DNA of 64,000 bases. It comes from an uncultured delta proteobacterium. GTDB taxonomy: Bacteria; Myxococcota_A; UBA9160; JAFDET01. The notes under the pieces were generated by a model. The model did no database searches, was not told where the DNA came from, and worked only from the letters and a program-made list of their open reading frames with translations. Below are positions 16,657 to 26,219 of this stretch, piece after piece. The stretch covers positions 67,878-131,877 of the forward strand of contig CAMYLJ010000017.1 in NCBI GenBank assembly GCA_947259215.1. The letters are read 5' to 3'. The position numbers and the translations under genes were made by a program. Position 1 is the first letter of the stretch. Every line of letters begins with the position of its first letter.

Positions 16657-17234
16657 CCCAGCTGGTGCTCCTGCGCCACGCCGAGACGACGTGGAACGCG
16701 GTCGGTCGCTGGCAGGGACAGGCGGATCCGCCGCTCTCGGAGCGCGGCCACGCCCAGGTGGCGGCGGCGGCGCCGGATCTCGCGAACGGCGGCTATGACG
16801 GGCTCTACACCAGCGACCTGCGTCGGGCGAGCCAGACCGCGGCCATCCTGGGGCGCGCGCTGGGCCTGGTACCCCAGCCGGATCCGAGGCTGCGCGAGTT
16901 CCACGTCGGTCTCTGGTCCGGGCTGACCCATGCCGAGATCGAGGCCGGCTGGCCCGGGCAGTACGCCCGCTTCCGGATGCGCGAGCTGGACTTCCGTCCC
17001 GGCGGCGGCGAGGCACCGCAGGAGCTTCTCGAGCGCATCGAGGCCGCCTTCGACCACATCGCGGAACGCCATCCCGACGGGCGGGTGCTCGTGGTGAGCC
17101 ACGGCGGAGTGGCGCGCAGCCTGGCCGGCGCCGCGCTCGAGAACCTGGAGCCTCTGTCCTTGCGCCGCGGAGCGTCGGGGTGGCACGCCGCGGAAGCGCC
17201 GTCCCGCGCGGGCCGCGTCGCCCCGGCTCTCTGA
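16644..17234 (+). CDS. Histidine phosphatase (phosphoglycerate mutase family)
   Basis: LVLLRHAETTWN (RHG motif), LSERG and VVSHGG. Confidence 0.8.
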   Translation: MRALTQLVLLRHAETTWNAVGRWQGQADPPLSERGHAQVAAAAPDLANGGYDGLYTSDLRRASQTAAILGRALGLVPQPDPRLREFHVGLWSGLTHAEIEAGWPGQYARFRMRELDFRPGGGEAPQELLERIEAAFDHIAERHPDGRVLVVSHGGVARSLAGAALENLEPLSLRRGASGWHAAEAPSRAGRVAPAL

Positions 17235-17285
17235 AGCGTCGCGAGGGCGGAGCGCAGCGAGCCCCCGCTCCGTCCCCGCCCCGGA

Positions 17286-18140
17286 CTACGCGCCGGGCGT
17301 CCGCCCCGCCTCCTCCTCGGCGATGCGCTTGCCCGCGCGGCGGTTGAGCCAGTGGACGAGGCCGGGGGCCAGGCGCTTCAGCCACCAGCCGGCGCGTGCC
17401 TCGGGCGTGATGGGCGCGACGGCCTTGTTCCTGCGGATCGCGTCGAGGATTCCCGCCGCCAGGCGCTCCGGCGGGTAGTTGCGGCGGGTGAACGCCTGCA
17501 CGGCCTGCTGGCGGCTCTCGTGGCCGGCCAGCCCGCGGACGCGCATCTTGCCGACGATGGGGGTGTTGATGATGCCGGGGCAGACGGCGGTGACGCCGAT
17601 GCCGTGGGGAGCCAGCTCGCCGCGCATCGCCTCGGAGAGCCCGCGCACGCCGAACTTGGTGACGTTGTAGGCGCTCATGCTGACCAGGGCGAGGTAGCCC
17701 GCCATGGAGGAGATGTTCACCACGTGACCACCGGCGCCGCGCTCGATCATGCGCGGCACGAAGAAGTGGCAGCCGTGGATCACGCCCATCAGGTTGATCC
17801 CGACGATCCACTCCCAGTCCTCGAGCGTGGTGTCGACGAAGGTCGCCGCGATGGCGACGCCCGCGTTGTTGACGAGGATGTCCACCGCGGGGATCTCCGC
17901 GTGCACCGCCTCGGCGAAGGCGCGCATGGCCTCGCGGTCTGCCACGTCCACCCGCCGGGCGATCGTCTTGCGGCCCAGCGCCTCCACGGCGCTCAGCGTC
18001 TGCGCCATCCCGTCCTCGTCGATGTCGCAGATCGCCAGGTCGGCGCCTCGGCGGGCCAGCGCCAGCGCGGTGGCTCCCCCGATCCCGCTGCCGGCGCCCG
18101 TCACCAGGGCCCAGCGCCCCGAAAGATCCGAGATGTCCAC
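17286..18140 (-). CDS. SDR-family oxidoreductase
   Basis: TGAGSGIG, NNAG and the SxxxxxxxxxxYxxxK pattern (SSMAGYL...YNVTK). Confidence 0.9.
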   Translation of the reverse strand: MDISDLSGRWALVTGAGSGIGGATALALARRGADLAICDIDEDGMAQTLSAVEALGRKTIARRVDVADREAMRAFAEAVHAEIPAVDILVNNAGVAIAATFVDTTLEDWEWIVGINLMGVIHGCHFFVPRMIERGAGGHVVNISSMAGYLALVSMSAYNVTKFGVRGLSEAMRGELAPHGIGVTAVCPGIINTPIVGKMRVRGLAGHESRQQAVQAFTRRNYPPERLAAGILDAIRRNKAVAPITPEARAGWWLKRLAPGLVHWLNRRAGKRIAEEEAGRTPGA

Positions 18141-18149
18141 GTGTCCCTC

Positions 18150-19826
18150 CTAGCTGGCGGTCGCCACGTCGCGGCGCTCGGCGAGCAGGATGCGCCCGCC
18201 CTCGAGCAGCACCCACACGTCCGCGGCCAGGATGATCGAGCCCATGATGGCCAGCAGCCAGCGCTCCTCGAAGTTCGCGAAGTAGCCGCGCAGCTCGCCC
18301 AGCATGGCGGTCACCGTCGCCGCCGCGACGAGCAGCATGGGAATCAGCGTGTACAGGTAGGGTCGGCCCATGCGGCGCAGCCAGACGCTGACCACCAGCA
18401 GGGTCACTCCTGCCACCAGCTGATTGGTGGTGCCGAAGAGCGGCCACAGGAGCAGCCCGCCCTTGCCCCCGGCCTGGGTCACCGCCAGCAGCAGGGCGAG
18501 GCTGATTCCGAGTGCTCCGGCGGCGTAGCGGTTCGTGAGGCTGCGGATGCCGTAGGCCTCGGCCAGCTCCGCGATCACGAGCCGCTGGATGCGCGCGCCG
18601 GTGTCGAGGGAGGTGGCGGCGAAGGCGATCACCATCACGGCGATGAAGGTCTTCGCCGTCGCGAGCGGGATGCCGAGGGCGGCGACGAAGCGGCCGCCTC
18701 CGGTCACGAAGGCGTCGAGCTTGGGGCCGAGGCCCGAGGCCGCCGACCAGCTGGCGTAGTGGCTGGACCACTCCGCGCCGCTGGCGAAGCCCGCCGTCGA
18801 CGCCAGCACCGCCAGCAGGCCGAGGGTCCCCTCGCCGAGCATCCCGCCGTAGCCGATGGGGCGCGCGTCGGTCATGCAGCCGATCTGCTTCGAGGTGGTA
18901 CCCGACGACACCAGGCCGTGAAAGCCCGAGATGGCGCCGCAGGCGATGGTGATGAAGAGGAAGGGGACGAGCGGCGGCGCGCCCTCCGGCCACAGGTTCA
19001 CGGCCGGGGCCTGCACGGTCGGGTGCAGCACCACGAGGCCGCCGGTGAGGAGCGCCAGGCCGGTCAGCAGCTGGTGCGAGTTCAGGTAGTCGCGCGGCTG
19101 GAGCAGCAGCCAGACCGGCAGCACCGACGCCACGAAGGCGTAGCCGAGCAGGATCCAGACCCAGCCCGAGACCGAGATGCGCGTCACGGCGGGGAAGGCC
19201 TCGGCGAAGGCGTCGCCGAAGAAGATGGCTGCCAGCAGCGCCGCGTAGGCCACCAGCGAGGGCGCGAAGATCCCGACGCCGCGCCGGTAGACGAGCCAGC
19301 CCAGGCCGACCGCCACCACGATCTGGACCCAGATCGGGAAGATCGAGCCCGGCGTCTGCACGAAGAGGGTGCCGATGATGAAGGCGAAGACGGCCAGCAC
19401 GATCCAGATCAGGAAGGAGATGATCAGCAGGAAGAGGGTCCGGACGCGTGGGCTCAGCACCCGGCCCGCGATCTCGCCGATGGAGCTGCCGCGGTGGCGC
19501 AGGCTGATCACCAGGGCCGCGAAGTCGTGCACCGCGCCCATCAGGACGGTTCCCACCGTCACCCACAGCAGCGCTGGCAGCCAGCCCCAGATGACCGCCA
19601 GCGCCGGACCCACGATCGGCGCGGCGCCGGCGATCGAGGTGTAGTGGTGGCCCCAGAGGACGTGCTTCGGTGTGGGGACGTAGTCGACGCCGTCTTCCAG
19701 CTCCCGGGCCGGCACCGGCTCCTCGTCGCGCAGGGCGAAGACCGTGCGGGCCAGGAACGACGAGTACCAGCGGTAGCCGACCGCGAAGCAGGCGAAGACC
19801 AGCGCGGCGAGGAGGGCGGCGTTCAC
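18150..19826 (-). CDS. cstA: Carbon starvation protein A (peptide/pyruvate transporter family)
   Basis: VLWGHHYTSIAGAAPIVGPALAVIWGWLPALLW, GAVHDF and a polytopic topology. GTG 19826 overlaps the upstream stop (GTGA). Confidence 0.85.
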   Translation of the reverse strand: MNAALLAALVFACFAVGYRWYSSFLARTVFALRDEEPVPARELEDGVDYVPTPKHVLWGHHYTSIAGAAPIVGPALAVIWGWLPALLWVTVGTVLMGAVHDFAALVISLRHRGSSIGEIAGRVLSPRVRTLFLLIISFLIWIVLAVFAFIIGTLFVQTPGSIFPIWVQIVVAVGLGWLVYRRGVGIFAPSLVAYAALLAAIFFGDAFAEAFPAVTRISVSGWVWILLGYAFVASVLPVWLLLQPRDYLNSHQLLTGLALLTGGLVVLHPTVQAPAVNLWPEGAPPLVPFLFITIACGAISGFHGLVSSGTTSKQIGCMTDARPIGYGGMLGEGTLGLLAVLASTAGFASGAEWSSHYASWSAASGLGPKLDAFVTGGGRFVAALGIPLATAKTFIAVMVIAFAATSLDTGARIQRLVIAELAEAYGIRSLTNRYAAGALGISLALLLAVTQAGGKGGLLLWPLFGTTNQLVAGVTLLVVSVWLRRMGRPYLYTLIPMLLVAAATVTAMLGELRGYFANFEERWLLAIMGSIILAADVWVLLEGGRILLAERRDVATAS

Positions 19827-21532
19827 GAGGCGTCTGTCGTCTCCCCGGCGAAGCGCGAGGCCTCGCCCCGCAGCTCGTTCTTCAGGATCTTGCCGGCAGG
19901 GTTCCGGGGCAGCGGATCCGCGATGAACTCCACGAACTCGGGCACCTTGAAGGAGGCCAGGTGCGCGGCCACGTGGGCGCGGACGGCGTCCGGGTCGAGG
20001 GTCGAGCCGGGAACCCGGCGCACGATGGCCTTCACGCGCTCGCCGAGCTCGGCGTCGGGCACGCCGACGATCGCCGCCTCGTCGATCTCCGGGTGGTCCG
20101 CCAGGCAGTTCTCGATCTCGACGCAGTAGACGTTCTCGCCGCCGCGGATCACCATGTCCTTGGCGCGGTCCACCACGAAGAGGAAGCCTTCCTCGTCCTG
20201 GTAGCCGACGTCGCCGGTGTAGAGCCAGCCGTCGCGCACCGTCTCGTCCGTGGCGTCCGGCCGGTTCCAGTAGCCCGGGGTGATCGTCGGGCCGCGGAAG
20301 CGCACCTCGCCGAGCTGGCCCGCCGGGAGCGGCTTGCCCTGGTCGTCCACCACCTCCACGTCCAGCACCGGGATCGGGCGGCCCGCCGAGGTCTTGCGGC
20401 CGAGCAGGCTCTGGCCGGAGCAGACCGTGGCCACGCCGTGGGTCTCGGTCAGGCCGTAGGCGTTGGCGAAGCTCGGCTCGATGGGGAGCACCTGGCGCGC
20501 CTTCTCGATGGTCTCGGGCGCCGTGGGCGCGCCGCCGAAGGAGACCGCGGTCAGGCTCGAGAGGTCGTAGTCGCCGACCTTCTCGTGGTTCACCAGCCGG
20601 TGCAGCATGGTCGGGATGGCGCCCCAGCTCTGGATCCGCTCGCGTTCGACGAGCTGCATCACCCGCTCCGGATCGAAGCGGCCCTCGAGGAAGACCATCT
20701 TCGCGCCGGCGGTCAGCAGCGCGCAGACGTTCGAGTGCAGCCCGCCCACGTGGAAGAGCGGCGAAGACAACAGGCTCACGGTCTGCTTGCCGCCGCCGGT
20801 CTGCGCCTGGAGGGTTCCGTCCAGGAGTCCGGTGGCCACCCGGTGGAAGAGGATCCCGAGCACCTGCGCGATGGTGCCCCGGTGGGTGGTGATGCAGCCC
20901 TTCGAGCGGCCCGTGGTGCCCGAGGTGTAGAGGATCACCCAGGGGTCGTCTTCGTCGATGGGCTCCGTGGGGACGGCGTCGCAGGGCTCCATCAGCTCGG
21001 CGATCGGGACGGTCCCCGGCGGCGGGTGCTCCCCGATGTAGACCACGCTCTCGAGGGTCGGCACCTGGCGTGCGACCGGCTCGACCCGGGGCCAGAGCCG
21101 CTCGTCCACCACCAGCAGCTTCGAGCCCGAGTCGCGCAGGCCGTAGTCGAGCTCCTCGGCCGACCACCAGCCGTTCAGCCCCACCCCGATCCCGCCGAGG
21201 GAAGTGGCGCCGAAGAGCGCCACGATCCACTCGGGGCAGTTGTAGGAGAGCACCGCCAGGCGGTCGCCGGGCGCGAAGCCGTGGCGCTCGCGCAGGGCCG
21301 CGGCCGCGCCCCAGACGAGGCGCGCGAACTCCGCGTAGGAGATGCGCCGCTCGCCGTGCAGCATGCACTCGGCGTCGCCGCGGGCCGCCGCGTTCGCGAT
21401 CTTCTCGCGCAGCGAGCGCTCGCGGTTCTTGAAGTTCCGCTGGGGCCGGCCGTCGACGGTCTCGGTCACCAGCTCGAAGGGTGCGCCCGGGCCGGTCAGC
21501 TGCTCCACCACCTGCTCGTACGAAAGGGCCAT
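19823..21532 (-). CDS. AMP-dependent acyl-CoA synthetase/ligase
   Basis: ILYTSGTTGRSKG, TYGLTE-like YGLTETHG, YTGDVGY and PRNPAGKILK. Confidence 0.9.
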   Translation of the reverse strand: MALSYEQVVEQLTGPGAPFELVTETVDGRPQRNFKNRERSLREKIANAAARGDAECMLHGERRISYAEFARLVWGAAAALRERHGFAPGDRLAVLSYNCPEWIVALFGATSLGGIGVGLNGWWSAEELDYGLRDSGSKLLVVDERLWPRVEPVARQVPTLESVVYIGEHPPPGTVPIAELMEPCDAVPTEPIDEDDPWVILYTSGTTGRSKGCITTHRGTIAQVLGILFHRVATGLLDGTLQAQTGGGKQTVSLLSSPLFHVGGLHSNVCALLTAGAKMVFLEGRFDPERVMQLVERERIQSWGAIPTMLHRLVNHEKVGDYDLSSLTAVSFGGAPTAPETIEKARQVLPIEPSFANAYGLTETHGVATVCSGQSLLGRKTSAGRPIPVLDVEVVDDQGKPLPAGQLGEVRFRGPTITPGYWNRPDATDETVRDGWLYTGDVGYQDEEGFLFVVDRAKDMVIRGGENVYCVEIENCLADHPEIDEAAIVGVPDAELGERVKAIVRRVPGSTLDPDAVRAHVAAHLASFKVPEFVEFIADPLPRNPAGKILKNELRGEASRFAGETTDAS

Positions 21533-21585
21533 CTCCGCCTCTGCTGCTCCCCCGGCGGCATACCCTACCACGCCCCCGGGAGGGG

Positions 21586-23217
21586 CTAGGGCGCGTAGAC
21601 GAGCGGTCCGGCTGCGCCGAGCTCGAGCCCGAGGCTCATCCAGACCGCCAGCAGCAGGGTCCAGGCCACGAAGAAGACCAGCGTGTACGGCAGCATCAGC
21701 GCCACCAGGGTGCCGATCCCCGCCCGCGGCACGTACTGCCGCATGAAGACCAGGACGATCACCACGTAGGGGTTCAGCGGCGTGATCACGTTGGAGACGG
21801 AGTCGCCGACGCGGTAGGCGGCCTGCGTCAGCTCGGGGCTGATCCCCACCTGCATGAACATGGGCACGAAGACCGGCGCGAAGAAGGCGTACTTGGCGGA
21901 CATGGAGCCGATGAAGAGGTTCGCCACCACGACCACGGCGACGAAGGCGCTGACCAGGAGTGGGCCGGGCAGGGCGGCGCGGGCGAGGGCCTGGCCGCCG
22001 GTGATGGCCAGCATCTCGCCCAGGCCCGAGTGCTGGAAGTAGGCCACGAACTGGGCGGCGAAGAAGGCCAGCACGATGTACGGGCCCATGCCCGCCATGG
22101 TCTCGCCCAGGAGCTTCGCCACGGTCTTGTCGCTGCGGACGGCGCCCGAGGCGATCCCGTAGGCCAGTCCGGGCACGAAGAAGCCCAGGAAGATGAGCGG
22201 CACCACCGCGCGCACCCAGCGCGGGAAGATCCCGTCCAGGCCGTGGAGCGGTGCACCGGGCACGGTCGTGGCCGCGACCAGGACGCCCCCGGTGACGACG
22301 GCCGCCAGCACGCCGGCGCGCAGTCCGCGCCGCTCTTCCGGGGCCAGGGTGCGCGCCGCGCGCGCGTCCTCGCCGGACAGCGGCGTGGCGCCGCCGTCCT
22401 CGGGTTCGAGCGACCGGTAGCGGGGCTCGACCCACCAGGCCGTGACGGCCCAGCCCACCAGGGTCAGCAGCACGGTGGACACCTGGATGAAGCGCAGGTT
22501 GGCGGTGGCGGCGACCTCGTACTCGGGATCGAGGATCTGCGCGGCGGAGGTGCTGAAGCCCGCCAGCAGCGGCTCCAGCCCGGTGGGCAGCAGGTTGGCG
22601 CTGAAGCCCGCCGACACCCCGGCGAAGACCGCCGCCAGTCCCACCAGGGGCGAGCGGCCCGCGGCCTGGAAGAGCGCCATCGCCACCGGCGGCAGCACCA
22701 CGTAGCCCGCGTCGAGGGCCATGGACGACATGACGCCCACGAAGAAGACGGTGGGTGTGAGCAGGGACGCCGGAACCGCCAGCAGGGTGGCCTTCAGGAG
22801 CGCGCCGATGAAGCCCGTGCGCTCGGCCAGGCCGATCCCGAGCATCCCCACCAGCACGATGGCCAGGGGCGGGAAGTTCTTGAAGTTGTCCACAAGGCTC
22901 GAGATCGCCCAGTAGAGGCCGTCGGACGAGAGCAGGCCGACCGGGTGGACGCTCTCCGTCACGCGCTCGCGTCGCGGCACGCCCGTCGCGGGATCGAGCT
23001 CCGCCACGGTCACGACCTGTCCGCTCGCGGGGTCACGCAGTGGCTCGCCGGCGGCGTCCGTCAGCGGCACCCGCACCTCGCGCGTGATCGTCTTCTCCAC
23101 CTGCCAGTCGCAGGCGACGGCCAGCTGGGAGAGGCCCATCACCGCCAGCGCGCCGATCACGAAGAGGGTGGCGGGGTCGGGCAGCGCGTTCCCGATCCGC
23201 TCGATGCGCTCAAGCAC
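21586..23217 (-). CDS. AbgT-family (p-aminobenzoyl-glutamate type) transporter
   Basis: VLERIERIGNALPDPATLF is a typical AbgT N-terminus, and the protein is polytopic. GTG 23217 is preferred (8-nt overlap with VanZ); GTG 23253 is also possible. Confidence 0.8.
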   Translation of the reverse strand: MLERIERIGNALPDPATLFVIGALAVMGLSQLAVACDWQVEKTITREVRVPLTDAAGEPLRDPASGQVVTVAELDPATGVPRRERVTESVHPVGLLSSDGLYWAISSLVDNFKNFPPLAIVLVGMLGIGLAERTGFIGALLKATLLAVPASLLTPTVFFVGVMSSMALDAGYVVLPPVAMALFQAAGRSPLVGLAAVFAGVSAGFSANLLPTGLEPLLAGFSTSAAQILDPEYEVAATANLRFIQVSTVLLTLVGWAVTAWWVEPRYRSLEPEDGGATPLSGEDARAARTLAPEERRGLRAGVLAAVVTGGVLVAATTVPGAPLHGLDGIFPRWVRAVVPLIFLGFFVPGLAYGIASGAVRSDKTVAKLLGETMAGMGPYIVLAFFAAQFVAYFQHSGLGEMLAITGGQALARAALPGPLLVSAFVAVVVVANLFIGSMSAKYAFFAPVFVPMFMQVGISPELTQAAYRVGDSVSNVITPLNPYVVIVLVFMRQYVPRAGIGTLVALMLPYTLVFFVAWTLLLAVWMSLGLELGAAGPLVYAP

Positions 23218-23686
23218 GCGCGGGCTCCGCAGTCCGCCAGCGCCGCGCCACACGCGTCACCCCCGCCAGGGCGGAGAGTCCGATGGCGCCGCCCACGACG
23301 TCGATCCCCACGTCGCCGGCCGACCCGGTGCGGCTCTCGAGCAGCGCCTGGCGGCCCTCGTCGACCGCGGCGACGCCGGCGACCAGCAGCAGCGCCAGCA
23401 GGGCAGGGCGCACGAGGGCCGACGGCGAGTCGAGCGTCATGGCGTGGAACGCCAGCAGGCCGAGCACCCCGTACTCGATCAGGTGCGCGGCCTTGCGGGT
23501 TACGGAGTGGATCGGCTCGAGGCGGCTCGGGTCGAGATCGGGGAAGAGCGCGCGCAGCAGACCCTCGATCCAGCCCCCTGTGGCATCCGCGGAGAAGTCC
23601 TGGCCGCCGAGCGTCAGGATCAGCGCGGCCCAGAGGGCGACGGCAGTCCAGGCTCGGAGCCTCTGTCCGCGGCTGCTCTCCGCCAT
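23210..23686 (-). CDS. VanZ-family membrane protein
   Basis: RKAAHLIEYGVLGLL, DEGRQ and VVGGAIG motifs. ATG lies 6 nt after a TAGCGT box. Confidence 0.75.
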   Translation of the reverse strand: MAESSRGQRLRAWTAVALWAALILTLGGQDFSADATGGWIEGLLRALFPDLDPSRLEPIHSVTRKAAHLIEYGVLGLLAFHAMTLDSPSALVRPALLALLLVAGVAAVDEGRQALLESRTGSAGDVGIDVVGGAIGLSALAGVTRVARRWRTAEPARA

Positions 23687-23692
23687 CGCGGA

Positions 23693-23698
23693 ACGCTA
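23693..23698 (-). promoter_or_regulatory. -10 element TAGCGT, 6 nt upstream of VanZ ATG 23686 (leaderless candidate)
   Basis: The minus strand reads gcTAGCGTtccgcgATG. It is the mirror image of the 24088 box. Confidence 0.45.
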
Positions 23699-24087
23699 GC
23701 GCCTTGGGGCTGCGGGGTGTGCGGGGTGGTCTCGGTGGGCCGCGGGGCTCCGGTGGGTTCGGCGGGCGGGGGTGGCTCTGACTTATCGTGACTCCGCTCG
23801 GCTTCGCCTCGCTGCGCGCGCCGCCCCGAGCGGCGGCGCTTGCGGCCTCTGCCTCCGGTGCGTGTTCGGTCCCGGTCAGGGCTTGGGGAGGCAGCGTCCC
23901 GCGCGGGCATCGCTCGCAAGCCCTGACCGCCCTCGCCAGCATCACCGGAGGTCGCGGCCGCAAGCCCGCCTCTGGCGGGCGCGCAGCGAGGCGAAGCCGA
24001 GCGGAGTCACGATCAATGAGAGCGCACGGCTCTCGCGAACGCCGCGGAGCCCCGCGGCCAGACGAGACCGCCCCACCCCGAAGCCGC

Positions 24088-24093
24088 TAGCTT
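24088..24093 (+). promoter_or_regulatory. -10 element TAGCTT, 6 nt upstream of ATG 24100 (leaderless candidate)
   Basis: gcTAGCTTccccacATG, with no SD. Confidence 0.45.
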
Positions 24094-24099
24094 CCCCAC

Positions 24100-25101
24100 A
24101 TGCTCCGGATCGGCCTCGTCTACGACCTGCTCGGGACGCATCCGCGGCGGCCCGGGGATCCGCCGGATGCGGATGCGGAGTACGAGCCGGAGGAGACCGT
24201 GCTCGCCCTCGAGGCCGCCGTGCGCCGGGCCGGACACGAGCCGGTGCGGATCGGGAACCCCCAGGAGCTGCTGGCGCGGGCCGGGAAGGGGGAGCTCCCG
24301 CCGCTGGATGCGGCCTGGAACATCGCCGAGGGGTACGGCTCGCGGAACCGGGAGGCCTGGGCCCCGGTGCTGCTGGAAATGCTGCATGTTCAGGCACTTG
24401 GATCGGATGCCCTCACACTTTCTCTCAGCCTGGACAAGGCCTGGTGCAACACCCTGGTCGCGGCCGCCGGGGTCCCGGTTCCGCCCCAGGCGGTGTTCGC
24501 CTCGGCGGCGGATGCGGGGGCTGCTGCGCTTCCCGCCGGCTTCCCGCTCTTCGCCAAGCCGCGCTGGGAGGGAACCGCCAAGGGGATCCACCCGGGCTCG
24601 CGCGTGGAAGACGCGGCCGCGCTCGCGCGCGAGGTGGAGCGCATCGTGCGCGACTATGCGCAGCCGGCTCTGGTGCAGCCGTTCCTGCCCGGTGCGGAGT
24701 ACACGGTGAGCGTCGTGGGGCATCGCCCGCCGCGCGCGCTGCCGGTGCTCCAGCGGGCGCTCGAGGCGGAGTCCGGCATCGGTGTGCACGCGCTGGAGCG
24801 TCAGCCGGCGCCGGCCGGAGGCTGGGGGCATCGCGTTCCGGGGGAGCTCTCGCCGGAGCTCGAGACGACACTCGCCGCCCACGCCTTGACGGCCTGCGAG
24901 GCGCTGGCGTGCCGCGACTTCGCGCGAGTGGACTTCCGCCTGGACGCCGACGGGGCCCCGTGGTTCCTGGAGATCAACCCGCTGCCGACGTTCGCGCCCG
25001 ACGGCTCCTTCGGAATCCTGGCGGAGCTCGAGGGCCGCGCCCTGGAAGACCTGCTGGCGGAGGTGCTCCGGGAGGGGCTCGTCCGGCTGGGGCTCGCGTG
25101 A
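24100..25101 (+). CDS. ATP-grasp ligase (Ddl-like family, not canonical D-Ala-D-Ala ligase)
   Basis: The central and C-terminal ATP-grasp pattern is present (DKAWCNTLVAAAGVPVP, LFAKPRWEGTAKGI, ARVDFRLDADGAPWFLEINPLP). The N-terminus lacks the GG-S-EhevS motif of housekeeping Ddl. Confidence 0.75.
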   Translation: MLRIGLVYDLLGTHPRRPGDPPDADAEYEPEETVLALEAAVRRAGHEPVRIGNPQELLARAGKGELPPLDAAWNIAEGYGSRNREAWAPVLLEMLHVQALGSDALTLSLSLDKAWCNTLVAAAGVPVPPQAVFASAADAGAAALPAGFPLFAKPRWEGTAKGIHPGSRVEDAAALAREVERIVRDYAQPALVQPFLPGAEYTVSVVGHRPPRALPVLQRALEAESGIGVHALERQPAPAGGWGHRVPGELSPELETTLAAHALTACEALACRDFARVDFRLDADGAPWFLEINPLPTFAPDGSFGILAELEGRALEDLLAEVLREGLVRLGLA

Positions 25102-26201
25102 GCGCGCCCGCCGCAGCACCGCGCCCGGACGCGATCGACCCCGCGGACTGGCGCGACTGGCGCTGGCAGATGCAGCAGCGGGTGCGCGACGCGGAGGCGC
25201 TCGGCGCCTGGCTGCGCCCCACGGACGACGAGCGCCGGGCCATCGAGCGCCTGGCCGAGCGCTTCCACTTCGTGATCACGCCGTACTACGCGTCGCTCAT
25301 GGACCCGGACGATCCCGGCTGCCCGATCCGCCGCCAGGTGGTACCCGCCTGCGCGGAGCTCGCGGACCCGGCCGGGCTGGCGGACCCGCTGGACGAGGTG
25401 GCCCACTCGCCGGTGAAGAACGTGGTGCGCGTCTACCCGGACCGGATCGCCTTCTGCGTGAACAACGAGTGCGCGCTCTACTGCCGCTTCTGCCTGCGCA
25501 AACGCATGCTGGGCGAGCCCGAGTGGGCCATGAAGAAGCGCGAGCTGGAGGAGGCGCTGGCCTGGATCCGCCGCACCCCGGAGATCCGGGACGTGCTGCT
25601 CACCGGGGGCGATCCCCTGGTCTTCTCCGACGACAAGCTCGACTGGCTGCTGGGCGAGCTGCGCGCGATTCCGCACGTGGAGCTCCTGCGCCTGGGGACG
25701 CGCCTGCCGGTGACCCTGCCGTTCCGCGTGACCGACGAGCTCTGCCGGGTGCTCGAGCGCCATCACCCGGTCTGGCTGAACACGCACTTCAACCATCCCC
25801 GGGAGCTGACGGCGGAGGCGGCCGAGGCCTGCGAGCGGCTGCTCCGGGCCGGCGTTCCGGTGGGCAACCAGAGCGTGCTGCTGGCCGGGATCAACGACGA
25901 TCCCGAGACGATGCGCGCGCTCTGCGAGGGCCTCGTGCGCATGCGGGTGCGCCCGTACTACTGCTACCAGGCCCAGCTGCTCGAGGGCACCGCCCACTTC
26001 CGCGTCCCCGTCGAGCAGGGCATCGCGCTCTTCAAGGCACTGCGCGGGCGCACCAGCGGCTTCGCCATTCCCCAGTACGTGCTCGACACGCCCCACGGCA
26101 AGGTGCCCCTGGCGCATCCCTGGTGGCGCGGGCGAGACGGGGACGACGTGCTGGTGGAGACGCCGGACGGCCGGGTCTGGCGCGAGCCCAATCCCCTATG
26201 A
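25098..26201 (+). CDS. KamA-family radical SAM aminomutase (lysine 2,3-aminomutase / EpmB-like)
   Basis: CALYCRFCLRK (CxxxCxxC), VLLTGGDPL, NTHFNHPRE and GVPVGNQSVLLAGIND. GTGA overlap with the ATP-grasp gene. Confidence 0.85.
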   Translation: MSAPAAAPRPDAIDPADWRDWRWQMQQRVRDAEALGAWLRPTDDERRAIERLAERFHFVITPYYASLMDPDDPGCPIRRQVVPACAELADPAGLADPLDEVAHSPVKNVVRVYPDRIAFCVNNECALYCRFCLRKRMLGEPEWAMKKRELEEALAWIRRTPEIRDVLLTGGDPLVFSDDKLDWLLGELRAIPHVELLRLGTRLPVTLPFRVTDELCRVLERHHPVWLNTHFNHPRELTAEAAEACERLLRAGVPVGNQSVLLAGINDDPETMRALCEGLVRMRVRPYYCYQAQLLEGTAHFRVPVEQGIALFKALRGRTSGFAIPQYVLDTPHGKVPLAHPWWRGRDGDDVLVETPDGRVWREPNPL

Positions 26202-26219
26202 TCCCCGGCGGGGGATCCG

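Larger units (their letters stand above)
23687..24099. repeat. Whole-intergenic nested quasi-palindrome (copy B of the GC-rich repeat family)
   Basis: Centre is cccgc|gcggg (23898-23907). Next out, ggtcagggcttg (23875-23886) pairs with caagccctgacc (23918-23929). The ~75-bp arms 23785-23860 and 23943-24013 follow (atcgtgactccgctcggcttcgcctcgctgcgcgcgcc... versus its reverse complement). The outer flanks also mirror each other, down to the gctagc(g/t)t boxes. Confidence 0.8.

Noticed and set aside
15946-19566. Very long ORFs in the six-frame track, for example 15946..19566(-), 20..2257(+), 537..2363(-), the first 1.8 kb of 2496..5870(+), 38819..41311(-), 55103..58798(-) and 60571..63627(-).
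   Set aside because: Their translations are Arg/Pro/Gly/Ala low-complexity strings typical of out-of-frame or antisense reading of very GC-rich DNA. Each is overlapped by an ORF with recognisable domain motifs and GC3-rich codons.
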